From: Octopus bimaculoides
Lineage: Eukaryota
DNA: 64,000 bases
NCBI RefSeq assembly: GCF_001194135.2
Contig: NC_068990.1
Coordinates: 72,236,611 to 72,300,610, forward strand
Direction of reading: 5' to 3'
Shown here: positions 38,637-52,389 of the stretch, piece by piece
Position numbering within the stretch: the stretch's first letter is position 1
Layout of the letters: each line of letters begins with the position of its first letter
Position numbers and translations under genes: made by a program
The notes under the pieces: model-generated
The model's input: the letters and a program-made list of their open reading frames with translations, nothing else
Told to the model about the DNA's origin: nothing
Databases searched by the model: none

Positions 38637-39199
38637 CCCTAGAGAGAAAACATTAAAGGTATGCAGTGATATAAATATGGACGATTCTGGAAGATCTAGA
38701 TCCCAACTTTGGGATTGAAAACTATACCATTGCACAGTCTTAAAGATCTTGTCCTCTACATTTAAAGTAAGGGCCCAGTACTGTAATAGCTTAGGCTGTA
38801 AGGACCTACAACTTTTCAACACTCAGCTAAACAACCTCAGGGACATGCAAAATGTATATGAGGATGCTTTCAAAGAACATTTGGATGAATTTTTATCTGA
38901 GATACCAGACGAATCAATGTCATGGTAGGAAGTACAAAGAAGAGCAACTCTGTCCAACTCATTACTTCATGAGAAACAATTTCAGGCAGAAAGCCAGCGA
39001 ATGTGAAATAAAAACCAATCATGTAAAAGCAGTGTCCCAGCATGGCCTCAGTAAATGTAAATGTAAAACAATTATTGCCCATAATTAGGAATGCATACTA
39101 TGTAGAAGTGAATATTACAAACAAGTAAATGCAGTAATTATGCAACGAGGTAAAGGTATTTGCTCAATGATTAATAATTATCTTAATGATTTCAGCAAG

Positions 39200-39395
39200 T
39201 AGGGCAGTGAGCTGGCAGAATCATTTGCATGCTACCAAAGCGCTTAATGGCATTTTATCTGTCTTTATGTTCTGAGACCAAATTCTGCCGAGGTTGACTT
39301 TACCTTTCATCCTTTCAGGGTTGATAAAATAAATACCAGTTGAGCAGTGCGATCAATTTAATTGGCTTAATGTGCTAAAATTTGAAACCAATAAT
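39200..39395 (+). mobile_element. SINE family A copy
   Basis: agggcagtgagctggcagaatc...tacctttcatcctttcaggggttgataaaat. Confidence 0.85.
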
Positions 39396-41538
39396 TTCAG
39401 CAAGTAAGGGTGATAACTCTAGACAAATTATGAACTTAGTAGACCTCCTCAGAAAAGCATATATTTTCCCATACACATATATCTAGAACAATACTTAATG
39501 TGTCCTTGTAGTAGAGTTTAATTTGAGGCAGATCTGGTTGTTATTGCTAGCAGATCATGCAACCATGTGCAGACTCCCTCTTTGGCTTATTCATAGAAAT
39601 GCCTGCATCCATTAAATGTCAACAACATAAATTAATTTTATTCCACAGGAAAATGCTATTTAACAAAAATATAGCTGTATGCACATCAAGACTGTATCAT
39701 AGAAGAACATGTGAGGTAAAAAAGGTGGGGGATACTTAGAAAGATAGAGAGACAGAGAGAAGGTGGTGTGAGCGTTGAGAGTGAAGTTTTTGCTAGCATT
39801 TGGAGAGCTCTCATTCATTCCAATAGACTTAATCTATTAGTATGTCTCCATCCAATTACCTTTATTCTTACAACAATGCTCATTAAGAAATGATTCACTA
39901 CTATCACGCGATTGTCACTCAAAGTCACAAGCTAGGACTGTAGACTAGGTTTCAAACTCACAATGTTTGATAATATTTTTATATCTCAAAGATTCCCGGA
40001 ACTCTAAATAACTAATGAAGTGGCCTCTATACAGTCTTTTGACATGCTAGAAATAGAAACCAAGTTCTCAACTCATTCCCTACCCTCTGAGCAAATGAAA
40101 AGATAGGGTATACAAAGCAATCTAGTCATATATATTTAAAATATTAGGATAGTCAGTGCTGGAATGGCTTTGACTATAGGTCTGCTCTGCAAAGCTGAAC
40201 TGGGATTCAGCAAGAACACACATATTACAAGAACCACACACACACACATGAACAAAAATACTACTACACATATGACTGCATGTACTAAGTGAAGCATATG
40301 TGCAGTACAAGTAGTTAGAATGTGCATGTATATTATTCTTTATTTTTATTTATTTTACTCATTTCCACAGCCTGCCACTTTGGGCAAGTAGCTCCTACTA
40401 TACACTTCTTCACCTTTACTAAATTTATCCTCTCTTTAAATTGCTTCTTCTTTCTCACTGATTTAACCAACAGTTCTATGATCAATATGACATATGTAAC
40501 CATGCCTAGGGAAGTTTCAAATCCATAATCTGGCAATTTAACCATTTTGATACCAACTTGCCTGAAACTGCCCCTGGACCAGCAATACAAACTTTATGCT
40601 ATAAAGTGATCTAAATTGAAACCTTACATTAAAATTTCATAGTACTTTATGTTCCAGACACTCACTTGATAATGACAAAGTTATACTAAATTGTTCCTTA
40701 TTTTCAAAAGTAAATAAAACAATAACTATGAATTTCGACACAAATAAGGTAATGAAAGGGTTAAGCTACTCAGTTACTCCTCTAATCATTTTTCAGAATG
40801 TGGTGTTTAATGATATTAGTCTTAAAGAATTTTTTTAGAGTAGTGTATTTTTTTCCCCATAATACTTAGCACAGGACAGAAGGTGCAGCCATTTGCACAG
40901 GTTAAAGAAGGAGTAAACATGCAGATAAGTATTCTTCCTTTGTTAATTATGGTAAATAGTTTCATTTACTAGTTTTATTCAATAAATTTATTACATATAT
41001 AGAGGTTTTTTAGTGTTTAAATATTATTAACTTACGTTTGTCATAATAATGGTAATATATACTAATATTGTAAATTTCACAATAAATTATTAATTCCCGT
41101 AAAGTTTATATAGACAAGTGGTTTAATTTGACGTGTTTATAAAATAGTTGATGAGGGTTTCTTTATGTTTAGCACTTTATATATATATATATATATATAT
41201 TGCTATTGTATTTTTAGGTGTTTAATTTTATTTTATTAAATTTTTATGAATTTTTTAAAATGTCATAATTTCCTAAGTTTTAAAATCTTTTAAATTTTGT
41301 AAAAATATATTAGGAAGTTATATGTATATGTTTTTATATTTTTATTTTTATTCTTATTTTTAATGAATATTTCTTAGAATTTACAGGATTAAGTTGGATC
41401 CCTTAATAATAATAATAAAAAGAGGAAAATAGCCTGAGGATGCACTTGTGGATTTATGTACTAGGTATAGCATAGTAAAACAAATCACCATGCTGAAACA
41501 CATGTAGCGTTAATTAATATTATTTTCTTTCCCCACAG

Positions 41539-41549
41539 ACTAATAACAG
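41539..41549 (+). CDS. Candidate 11-nt micro-exon C (ACTAATAACAG; T-N-N-R/S)
   Basis: Strong acceptor tattttctttccccacag and donor CAG/gtaagg; phase-0 frame is open after exon B. Confidence 0.3.
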
Positions 41550-41764
41550 GTAAGGTAAATATATTTTTTAAAAATATGTTTAAATAATTTATAATTAATT
41601 CTAATGTACTTAATTCTTATTGTATGTTATAGTAGGCTTTAAAATGCTTATATTATTAGATTAGTATTTTGGATATAATTTTCTATGTGTACTCCAGTAA
41701 ATAAGGTAGTCCTGAAATTGAAGTTGTGGTCCTATAGGTAAAATCCCAAATTTGTAGTAATAAT

Positions 41765-41814
<50 letters not shown>

Positions 41815-41815
<1 letters not shown>

Positions 41816-41980
41816 GACAGGCTTCTTTCAGTTCCCATCTACCATATCAATTCACAAGGCTTCAGTCTGCCCATGACTATGCATAGAAGACACTTATTTT
41901 CCCATGGTGCTGCACAGTAGGACTGAACCCGAAACCATGTGGTTGGGAACTAAATTTTTTAACCAGACAGCCACACCTGC
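41815..41980 (-). mobile_element. SINE family B, 5' half
   Basis: tagaagacactt...gcacagtaggactgaacccgaaaccatgtggttgggaac. Confidence 0.8.
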
Positions 41981-42356
41981 ATTTGAAAAGGGAATAAAAA
42001 AAACAAAATAATAATAATGATAACAAAAATAAAAAATAAAATTTAAAAAGCCAAATGATGAAGGGACAAGATGTCTTTAATCATAGTTCAGCTCAATCAC
42101 TGCTGACCTGTAACTAAATAACAATAACAACACTATAGCAAATGTTTCCTCTTTCTCTAATGAACATATCAAGATCATTATCAGTTAACAGGATAATCTT
42201 AATTCATAACCAACATATAAACATTTTAATATACGAAAAAAAAAAGAAAAAAAATCAAAGAATTAAAAATATTTTCTAAACACAAAAATTTCATTTCTGT
42301 AAACTGTAATTCTCAAACATAACTTACCCTTCCTCCCTATTGAAAGTCTTTTTGTG

Positions 42357-42416
<60 letters not shown>

Positions 42417-42998
42417 GCATACTTTAGTGAAATTGGCTCAGTTAAAAGCTTTAGTTGACATCTACTTTTGCATCAGGTTCTATACTAAATGTATTATTGA
42501 TCCTCTGTTCCTCTCCTAACTGCAAATATCTTCATACATACACTTAACAGTTTTTATGAGTCAGTTGTTCCCACACTTTCACTTTATCACTCTCTCTCTC
42601 TCTTTCTCTCTCTCACTCTCTTTCTCATTCTCTCTCTGTCTGTCTGTCTCTTTCTCTTGTTCTTTCTTCTCTCTTTCTGTTTTTATACCACAACCTCATT
42701 CATAGTATGTATATATATGCATATATATATATATATGCATATATATATATATATGCATATATATATATNNNNNNNNNNNNNNNNNNNNNNNNNNNNNNNN
42801 NNNNNNNNNNNNNNNNNNNNNNNNNNNNNNNNNNNNNNNNNNNNNNNNNNNNNNNNNNNNNNNNNNNNNNNNNNNNNNNNNNNNNNNNNNNNNNNNNNNN
42901 NNNNNNNNNNNNNNNNNNNNNNNNNNNNNNNNNNNNNNNNNNNNNNNNNNNNNNNNNNNNNNNNNNNNNNNNNNNNNNNNNNNNNNNNNNNNNNNNNN

Positions 42999-43036
<38 letters not shown>

Positions 43037-43175
43037 TGTGTGTGTAAATTTATCATTCACACACACATATACAAACACACTAGTTCACATGTTCACATAC
43101 ACAGATACACCTAGACACATGCATGCATATATGCTCCCTCACACACACACACATACACACACACANNNNNNNNNN

Positions 43176-43223
<48 letters not shown>

Positions 43224-43899
43224 ATACAGGCAGACATGTAGAAAGAGAGACAGAGGGAGAGAGAATGTGGGGGCGGATGGACATGTTGTTCACTTTGCTG
43301 GACACTGGACACTGAACACCGAACAGAACAACACTGTATCTAATGCATTTTCCAGATTGATAAAAGCAAAATACTGTAATTTATTTGAAATCAAGTATTT
43401 TTGCCTTGAGTTTCATTTCTATTAGTATGGCATCTGTAGTCCCAAGTGCCACCTTAAAAATAATTGTTCTTCCCCCCCTTTAAAGCATTTTTCCCCCTGA
43501 CTTGATATATTAGTTTTAGTCATTTGAAGAAGTTACTATAGGACACATTTTCGAAAAGAATGGAAAGCATTGTTCCAGCTATTTATTTTATTTTAGATTT
43601 CATTCTTTTATTCATTTATTCAGTCATTCATAGAAGAAATGGATGAAGAAGCACAGAGAAAAATGAGTGGGAGAAAAAAGAAAGCAAAGTATTGGAAGAA
43701 CAGAAGACAAAGACAAAGCACTGGTGTAGTCATTAATTTTGTGGTTAAGAAGTTGTTTTCGAAACCCTGTTGTTCTAGGTTCAATTCACATATGTATTGT
43801 ATTGCCACTTGGCAGGGAAAATGTCTTCTATGACAGCCTGGGTTACCCAAGGCCCTGTGAGTGGAAGTTGGTACATGGAAACTGTGCTGAAGTGAATTG

Positions 43900-44215
43900 C
43901 CTGTGTAACCTCCTCGTCGTTGTTGTCATCATCGTCGTCATCATCATCCATTGTCATCATCCTCATCCTCATCATCATTATTATCATAGCCGTCGTTGTT
44001 GTCACTTTCATCATCACCATCACACCACCACCTTCACCATTATTGTCGTCGTTGTCACTGTTGTCATTGTTGTTGTCATCATCGTTGTCATTGCTGTCAC
44101 TATCAACACCACCACCACCACCTTCATCACCGTCGTCGTCGTCGTCATCATCATCATCAACATCATCATCGTAACCACCACCACCACCACCACCACCAGG
44201 GGATTCTTACGATCA
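43900..44215. repeat. Mixed trinucleotide tract, partly homologous to 58967-59116
   Basis: Same ordered succession of triplet variants at both places. Confidence 0.75.
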
Positions 44216-44644
44216 AGTCCAACCCTACCCACACCAAACTGAATCCTGAATCCCCTACTCCCAGTTCCTCTGTGGCTGCCAGCCCTGCAGTGACACTTAT
44301 GACTTTAAGACCTAGTCTCAACTCATGACTCACCATTATCCAAACTGCCCTCATCCATGCACAATTCGTTGACCATGCCTCTGCTCTCTCTCCCTGCACT
44401 CACTCCATCCTTATCTGCCCCCTTTTCCCTCTCATACACACGCACAGGCTCACATAATTTAAAGGTTGCCCACACAAACAAACACACATGCTCACCCTCA
44501 TACACACATACACACTCACACACAACATTTACACATACTCATATGCACTTGCGCATGCCAGTTCAGCTGGGTCGCTGTTGTCTCCCCTTCACTTGGCCTC
44601 TTTCTTCCGATCATTTCATCAATGTAAACCATTAATCCCAACGC

Positions 44645-44679
<35 letters not shown>

Positions 44680-44899
44680 TCTCCTGCTCTTTTTTTCCTC
44701 TCAATCCTTTCTGTCAAAGAGCATTGGCTTGAAATGTCGAAAACTTTTCCATTCTTCTGAAGCGTCAAACTAATACACTTGCTTGTTGTTCCCTCACCTG
44801 TCTTTGTCTTTTTTTTTCTGTACATTTGCACCATACACACATACGCACATGTATGTATGTGTGTGTGTATGTGTGTGTATGTGTGTGTGTGTGTGTGTC

Positions 44900-45110
44900 T
44901 GTGTTGTTCCGTTTGTCTATACTAGTGTAAGACAGTGCATGGCATTGTATCTCTGTATGTGAAATGGTTAACTTAGTAATTCAATAAAAACAAGTCAATA
45001 AGTACCAGACTGAAACAAGTATTGGTGTCGGTATAATTGGTTGAAAAAGCCTTCGAGGAGGTGCCCCAGCATGGTCTCAGTCAAATGACTGAAACCAGTA
45101 AAAATGAAAA
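44900..45110 (+). mobile_element. SINE family B, 3' half, degenerate
   Basis: gtaacttagtaattc...ataagtaccagact...gtgccccagcatggtctcagtcaaatgactgaaacc. Confidence 0.7.
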
Positions 45111-46752
45111 AAGAAAGCAAAAGCAAAAACAAAAGAAAAAAAAAACAAAGAAATCAATTAAATTAAAACAAAAAAGATGGGAAAGTAATGCAGTGATGAA
45201 GAGTAAAGTAAAGAGAAATAATGTCAAATTGATCGAGTAAAAAAAAAGACATTTTGTATGAAAGTAGGAAAAAATGGGGGAGAGGTATGTGTGGGACTGA
45301 GAGCTGGCAACATCCATTTAACTAGCTACTATGATTCCTTTACGATCATTAACATGATGAATGTAAGCATGATGATGATAGTTACAATGCTGATGCCTCT
45401 GCAGTCACCACTGTTGCTGCTGACAATATCTCCAACAATGATGCAGATAAGTTGTAGTGTTACAATGTTGAAGCCAACAACAATCTGTCCCTCTCAGAGT
45501 TGAAAAGCTGTGATTATGTTGTCTAGCCACTAGTGTTGTGTTGTATCCAATCGCAAATGTTGTGCCATGACCATTCATTAACTTTTAAATTCTTGCAATG
45601 TTTCTTCTACATAAATCTCGCAATTCTGTATAGAAACCAGAGATTTTGATGAAAATACAGATAGTCCAGTATTAAAAATCTTTAAAATATTACTGTAGCA
45701 TGATTTTGGATGAAACTTGATGATAGGATATAAGTAATATTTGTTGATGTACATCGTGAATATAACCGTTACATGTTATGTTATGTCTAACCGTTTATCT
45801 GTCTGTTCTCTATGACTTGGAGAAAGTGAGACATTCCCAATACCTGGACAGTAAATACGTAAATATTCCATTGAAGGATAAAAGGAGTTCAATACTGTAC
45901 AAGATATTGATTTCATACCGAATTTTTAGTTGAAACATTCAGCAGTTGAAACATTCAGTAAAGCACACAAGAAGTAGATGTGAGTTGGACTATTCAAATC
46001 TAAGTGCAGTATAAATGAGAAAGGCACTTAACACATAAGAGTTTGAGGAGCCAGTCAGCAAATCTGCAGCATGGTCCTCCTCCTCCTCCTTCTCCCTCCT
46101 CCTCCTTCTCCCTCCTCCTCCTTCTCCCTCCTCCTCCTTCTCCCTCCTCCTCCTTCTCCCTCNNNNNNNNNNNNNNNNNNNNNNNNNNNNNNNNNNNNNN
46201 NNNNNNNNNNNNNNNNNNNNNNNNNNNNNNNNNNNNNNNNNNNNNNNNNNNNNNNNNNNNNNNNNNNNNNNNNNNNNNNNNNNNNNNNNNNNNNNNNNNN
46301 NNNNNNNNNNNNNNNNNNNNNNNNNNNNNNNNNNNNNNNNNNNNNNNNNNNNNNNNNNNNNNNNNNNNNNNNNNNNNNNNNNNNNNNNNNNNNNNNNNNN
46401 NNNNNNNNNNNNNNNNNNNNNNNNNNNNNNNNNNNNNNNNNNNNNNNNNNNNNNNNNNNNNNNNNNNNNNNNNNNNNNNNNNNNNNNNNNNNNNNNNNNN
46501 NNNNNNNNNNNNNNNNNNNNNNNNNNNNNNNNNNNNNNNNNNNNNNNNNNNNNNNNATCTTATGCTACAATTTATACAGGAAGAGTATCTGGCTCTAGGA
46601 AATGTGTCCCAATTTTGCCTTTCCCATGCAACATGGAAAGGTAAATGTTAAAATAAAAAGCAATGTTCATGATGATGATGATCAGCATGGCTGCAGTCAA
46701 AAGACTGAAACTAGTAAAAGAATATAAATGTGTCTATATATATATATATTTA

Positions 46753-46808
<56 letters not shown>

Positions 46809-47179
46809 GAATGCATCTATGCATATGAGAGAATTCTGCACATTTTCCATTGACAAAATTCACTCACATTGGCTAACTTGAGGTTGTAATAGAAAACATT
46901 AACCCAAAATGCCAAATTATAGAACTGAACCTGAAACCTCACGGACACAATGGAAACATCTTAACCACACAGCTGTATATGTGCAATAATATCCGAAGAC
47001 ATGAATAGCTTACCTCACACCACAATTCTTTTACCTAAATCACCAATAACTTAACTTAATCATTCATACTTTATCTTCATCATTAAAAGCTTACCTTAAA
47101 CATCAATAGCTTACCATATACCTTAACAGTCTACCTTAAAAAAAACACTAACTTACTTTTATAATGAGTGATGGTGTGG

Positions 47180-47760
47180 CTAACAGTGTCTTGTCTCTCT
47201 TATTAACTATGCTCTATTTTGTACATATATTATTCCCTTATGTTCAGTTCTCATAACCCTGTATGAGTGTTTCAACTGTTTGCAGCACGGACATTTTGTA
47301 CACTGTTTGCTTCTAGCATCGTGTTGAACTCTTTTGATTCCACAATGAAATATTTGTTGCTAATATAGAATAAATCTTTCATTTCCTCCAGCAAGTCATA
47401 GAAAACAGCCTATTAAATGGATAGATACAGCAATTGTATGCATGTTGGCTAATAATGACATTTAGTAGAATAGTTCTGTCATTCACTTTGTTAGTATTTG
47501 TGTTATTCATTTCACCCAACCTTCTAGTATAGCCAGGTTCTTGTTTCCTGTGCTATTTCCTACTTAGCTGATCTTAGATTTACTAGCGTTGCCAATGATT
47601 ATTATTTTCCACAAATACCGAATACTGAATTCTAAATGTTTTGCTTCTTACAAAACAACATGTATCAATATCCAAAAACTGCTATCTATAACTTCTCTTG
47701 ATTTACGCAGCACGATTCTGACATTTAACTGACCTAGTTGTATTGTATCTCTGTTACAGA
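47180..47760 (-). mobile_element. Degenerate RTE-like apurinic endonuclease region
   Basis: Broken translation GQLNVRIVLRKSREV / DIDTCCF / EGWVK...KVNDRTILL resembles the APE N-terminus of RTE LINEs; many stops. Confidence 0.45.
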
Positions 47761-48919
47761 CTTTGTGATGCCATGGATTAATAAATAGGTGGACCCACTG
47801 AGAAGGGGAATGATGAAGAAATCTGTAAACTGATAAGGCACTTTTAGGGTGAATGACAATGGTTTGGTAGGATTGGTAATCATGCTGGTGTTTTAAATTC
47901 TTAAAGGTTAATAAATCTGGAGGAAGCAGTGTTTGGAATTAGGCATGTTTACTTCGGTGAAGTTTTGTTAGATATGGTAAAGTGTTATCAAGATGAAGTC
48001 TTGTTTGTTTGCTATTTAAAGTCTTTAATTTTATATATTTTATTGTTTTTCTGCATATAGTTTGTCTTTTTTTTATCCAATGTTCTACATGACATATTAT
48101 TATTTATAACATTTTCTCCTTCAAGCTTCATTAAAAAAGAAAATTACCTTATACTTCTTTTAGTTTTTCAATTCTTATAATGTAAACAATCTACAATTCT
48201 TGATTGTAAGAACAAAGATTCTAAATGAAGAGAGAACACTTGAAGTATTGCGTATTGCTTTGGCACAATGGTTAGAACATCTATCACATTTACAGAAGTT
48301 GTGGGTTCAAGTACCATGGACAGTCTTTCATTTCTTTTTTTCCCCCATCCACTGCTTTTTTTAACCCAATATTTTACACATTATTTATGATTTTATAAAG
48401 ATGGCAAGCTGGCAGAAACGTTAGCATTCCGGGTGAAATACTTAGCGGCATTTGTGCCTCCACATTCTGTCAAAACTAATGCTAACTTATTCGCACTGTT
48501 TTGAATTAATCATGCATTATCTCATAGCTATGATAACATTGTAGGATAGGTGTGAGAAACAAGATCTGGCCAGTTTGAACATAAAGTAGGTAGAATATTT
48601 TGCTCAGATATGGCTGGTTTAAATGCTAATGAATTAAGGTAAGCAATCAGTGCCTCAGGCTATTGTTCCATGTGTTTATCTATGTTTTGAATCTGATATC
48701 ATACATAGGACAGGCGATAAATATTTAGGGAAGAGTAGTAACTGTTAATTTATGAAAAAGGCAGTGTGGAATGGATGCCACTGAGAGCGGTGTTAAGAAA
48801 GGCACCACAGTGTTGTTTGTCCCTGAAAGTGCGTTTTCTACAGTAATCCAGAATAAACTAAGAAAAGTGTTGTATCACACTCACCACGAGCAGCAAACTA
48901 GCTATCATAGAAATTGAGT

Positions 48920-49053
48920 GGTTGGCATTAGGAAGGGCATCCAGCTGTAGAAACTCTGCCAAATTTAGATTGGAGCCTGGTGTTGCCATCCGGTTTCACC
49001 AGTCCTCAGTCAAGCCGTCCAACCCATGCTAGCATGGAAAGCGGACGTTAAAC

Positions 49054-49090
<37 letters not shown>
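48920..49090 (+). mobile_element. RTE-type 3' tail with (GAT)n
   Basis: Nearly identical to 650-790. Confidence 0.85.
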
Positions 49091-49123
<33 letters not shown>

Positions 49124-50354
49124 CATNNNNNNNNNNNNNNNNNNNNNNNNNNNNNNNNNNNNNNNNNNNNNNNNNNNNNNNNNNNNNNNNNNNNNNNNNN
49201 NNNNNNNNNNNNNNNNNNNNNNNNNNNNNNNNNNNNNNNNNNNNNNNNNNNNNNNNNNNNNNNNNNNNNNNNNNNNNNNNNNNNNNNNNNNNNNNNNNNN
49301 NNNNNNNNNNNNNNNNNNNNNNNNNNNNNNNNNNNNNNNNNNNNNNNNNNNNNNNNNNNNNNNNNNNNNNNNNNNNNNNNNNNNNNNNNNNNNNNNNNNN
49401 NNNNNNNNNNNNNNNNNNNNNNNNNNNNNNNNNNNNNNNNNNNNNNNNNNNNNNNNNNNNNNNNNNNNNNNNNNNNNNNNNNNNNNNNNNNNNNNNNNNN
49501 NNNNNNNNNNNNNNNNNNNNNNNNNNNNNNNNNNNNNNNNNNNNNNNNNNNNNNNNNNNNNNNNNNNNNNNNNNNNNNNNNNNNNNNNNNNNNNNNNNNN
49601 NNNNNNNNNNNNNNNNNNNNNNNNNNNNNNNNNNNNNNNNNNNNNNNNNNNNNNNNNNNNNNNNNNNNNNNNNNNNNNNNNNNNNNNNNNNNNNNNNNNN
49701 NNNNNNNNNNNNNNNNNNNNNNNNNNNNNNNNNNNNNNNNNNNNNNNNNNNNNNNNNNNNNNNNNNNNNNNNNNNNNNNNNNNNNNNNNNNNNNNNNNNN
49801 NNNNNNNNNNNNNNNNNNNNNNNNNNNNNNNNNNNNNNNNNNNNNNNNNNNNNNNNNNNNNNNNNNNNNNNNNNNNNNNNNNNNNNNNNNNNNNNNNNNN
49901 NNNNNNNNNNNNNNNNNNNNNNNNNNNNNNNNNNNNNNNNNNNNNNNNNNNNNNNNNNNNNNNNNNNNNNNNNNNNNNNNNNNNNNNNNNNNNNNNNNNN
50001 NNNNNNNNNNNNNNNNNNNNNNNNNNNNNNNNNNNNNNNNNNNNNNNNNNNNNNNNNNNNNNNNNNNNNNNNNNNNNNNNNNNNNNNNNNGGATGGATGG
50101 ATGGATGGATAGATGGAGAAAGAGATAGATATAAAGTCTTTGAAATCTTACATGTCCTCAGGTGAAAACTGAAGAATGTAGTTATCTGTTGTTACTGAGA
50201 AAGTGACAACAAGGACAAACAGCAGGTGAGATAGAGAAAGGAGGAGAGAGAGCAAGAGAAATGGAGAGGAAGAGAGAAGGAGAGAGAGAGAGATGGAAGA
50301 GGAAGTTGTGACACACACACACACACACACAAATTTATATATATATACATAGAT

Positions 50355-50840
50355 GCAGGCATGGGTTTACGGTTGTAGGAATGGCTGTGTGATGAAGAAG
50401 CTCACTTTCCAACCTCATAGTTTCAGGTTCAGTCCCACTGTGTAGCACCTTGAGCAATTAACTTTTACTTATAACCGCAGAGTGATCAATATTTTGTCAA
50501 TGAATTTCATAGATGGAAACTGTGGCAGCTTCTCATGGATGTATATATACACATACATGCATGTGCACACACACATACACATATGGGGGAGGGGTGCTTC
50601 TATATATGTTTTTGTGTCTGCATTTGTCCCCCAATCCACCTCTCAATAACTGGTGTTGGTTTATTTATGTCGCCAGAACTTAACGTAGTGATTTGGCAAA
50701 AGAGGTTGATAGAATAAGTACTAAACTTTAAAAAGAAATAAAGTACTGAAGGTCTATTTGTTTGACTAAAACTCTTCAAAGTAGTGCCCCAGCATGGCCG
50801 CAGTCCAATGGCTGAAACAAGATAAAAGATAAAAGATACA
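50355..50840 (+). mobile_element. Full-length SINE family B
   Basis: Head, internal (CA)/(TG) tract and 3' domain are all present. Confidence 0.85.
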
Positions 50841-51429
50841 TGTCTAAGAGAAGATCTTAACGTTGGACTTGCAGCAAAGTAATACTGTCGAGTAATAATG
50901 CCTTTATTGTATATTTTTAGATACACTTCAAAAATACTTCAAAGAAACTCAGAAAGAGAGAAAGAGAAAGAGAAATAGAGTGAGAGAGAGAGAGAGAGAG
51001 AGACAGTGAGACAAAGAGAGGGAGAAAGGAGAGAGATTTTTAAATTCTTGCTCAGTCTATCACTTCTTAGCATTCTTTGTCTTATTCTTTGTCTAGCACA
51101 CACACACACACACACACACACACTTCCTCTNNNNNNNNNNNNNNNNNNNNNNNNNNNNNNNNNNNNNNNNNNNNNNNNNNNNNNNNNNNNNNNNNNNNNN
51201 NNNNNNNNNNNNNNNNNNNNNNNNNNNNNNNNNNNNNNNNNNNNNNNNNNNNNNNNNNNNNNNNNNNNNNNNNNNNNNNNNNNNNNNNNNNNNNNNNATA
51301 TACATATAGATATGTACATATACATATAGATATATACATATACATATACATATATACATATATGCATATAGATATATACATATAGATATATAGATATATA
51401 TCATTGAACGTAATCAACACCAACGTTCA

Positions 51430-51730
51430 CATGTTTATTCATTTCATCGACTTTCAGGAAGCATTTGATACTCTTCACCAAGATACAGCCTGGTGGAATA
51501 TTGTGAGAGTCTATGGTTCCCTTCACCCAACTTCCTGAGCAGATGTATCAACATCTTTAAGTCTCTGTATAGGAACTTGTAGTGTTGCGGGAAAGCAAGC
51601 AGTGAAACCACCAATATGTTTGAAATTACTGGTGGAGTGAGACAGGGTCGCATCTTGTAATCAGTTCTGTTCCTGACAGTGGTTGGCTTCATGCAGAAAG
51701 CAATGGAAAAACCAGTTTTGGAATAATGTG
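51430..51730 (+). mobile_element. RTE-clade reverse transcriptase fragment
   Basis: FIDFQEAFDTLH...WNIVRVYG and FEITGGVRQGRIL*SVLFL correspond to RT motifs F.DF..AFD and GVRQG..LSP.LF; frameshifted. Confidence 0.8.
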
Positions 51731-52321
51731 GAATCTGGTGATATTGGTGCTTAATGCAAGATAATAGTGTTTAAGATGTTTTACTTAGTCCTTTGAATGT
51801 GAAAAGTGGATATATCTGCTCGAAATTTTATTACTGTTGACTACAGAAAGTATTTTTACCTCACAACTATGTAAAAATCCCTCTCCTTATGCTATGAGAA
51901 GTAGAGACACACAACAATTTTTCAGATTATCACAATTTTTTACAAATATTTCATCAAATTTCTCTTTATAGAGCAGGAGTTACATACTTTTGGTGTTGGA
52001 TATAAAAACTGTATCCACAGGAGAGACTGAAAAAGTAATGCAGAAGCAGAAAATGTCAGTTTTATTTTTTGATGGATAATTACCATCATTATGAGAATGA
52101 CTATGAAATTTAATTACACTGTCAAAGAGTTAAAATAAGATGTTGGTTTTTTAATGTAAGTTGTTGATGTGTAAAATGAGGTATTGGTGTTTAAGATAAG
52201 ATATTGTTTAAGGCAAGATGTTGGTGTTCACATTAAGATATTGGTGTTTAGAATAACATATTAGTGCTTAAGGCCATATATCTGCAACACCATTCCTGAG
52301 TTTTTATTTTATTTATTCTTT

Positions 52322-52352
<31 letters not shown>

Positions 52353-52389
52353 TAATAATAATAATAAACACCTACATAAACTTCTAACT

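Noticed and set aside
40868-40930. Exon-like segment after ttttccccataatacttagcacag
   Set aside because: Ambiguous acceptors, weak donors and several open frames; adds no consistent reading.
40950-41760. Very AT-rich block resembling a mitochondrial insertion; the minus strand gives LVHKST, like ND5 LVHSST
   Set aside because: Flanking ND5 motifs are absent and no rRNA/tRNA match was recognised; ordinary AT-rich intron explains it.
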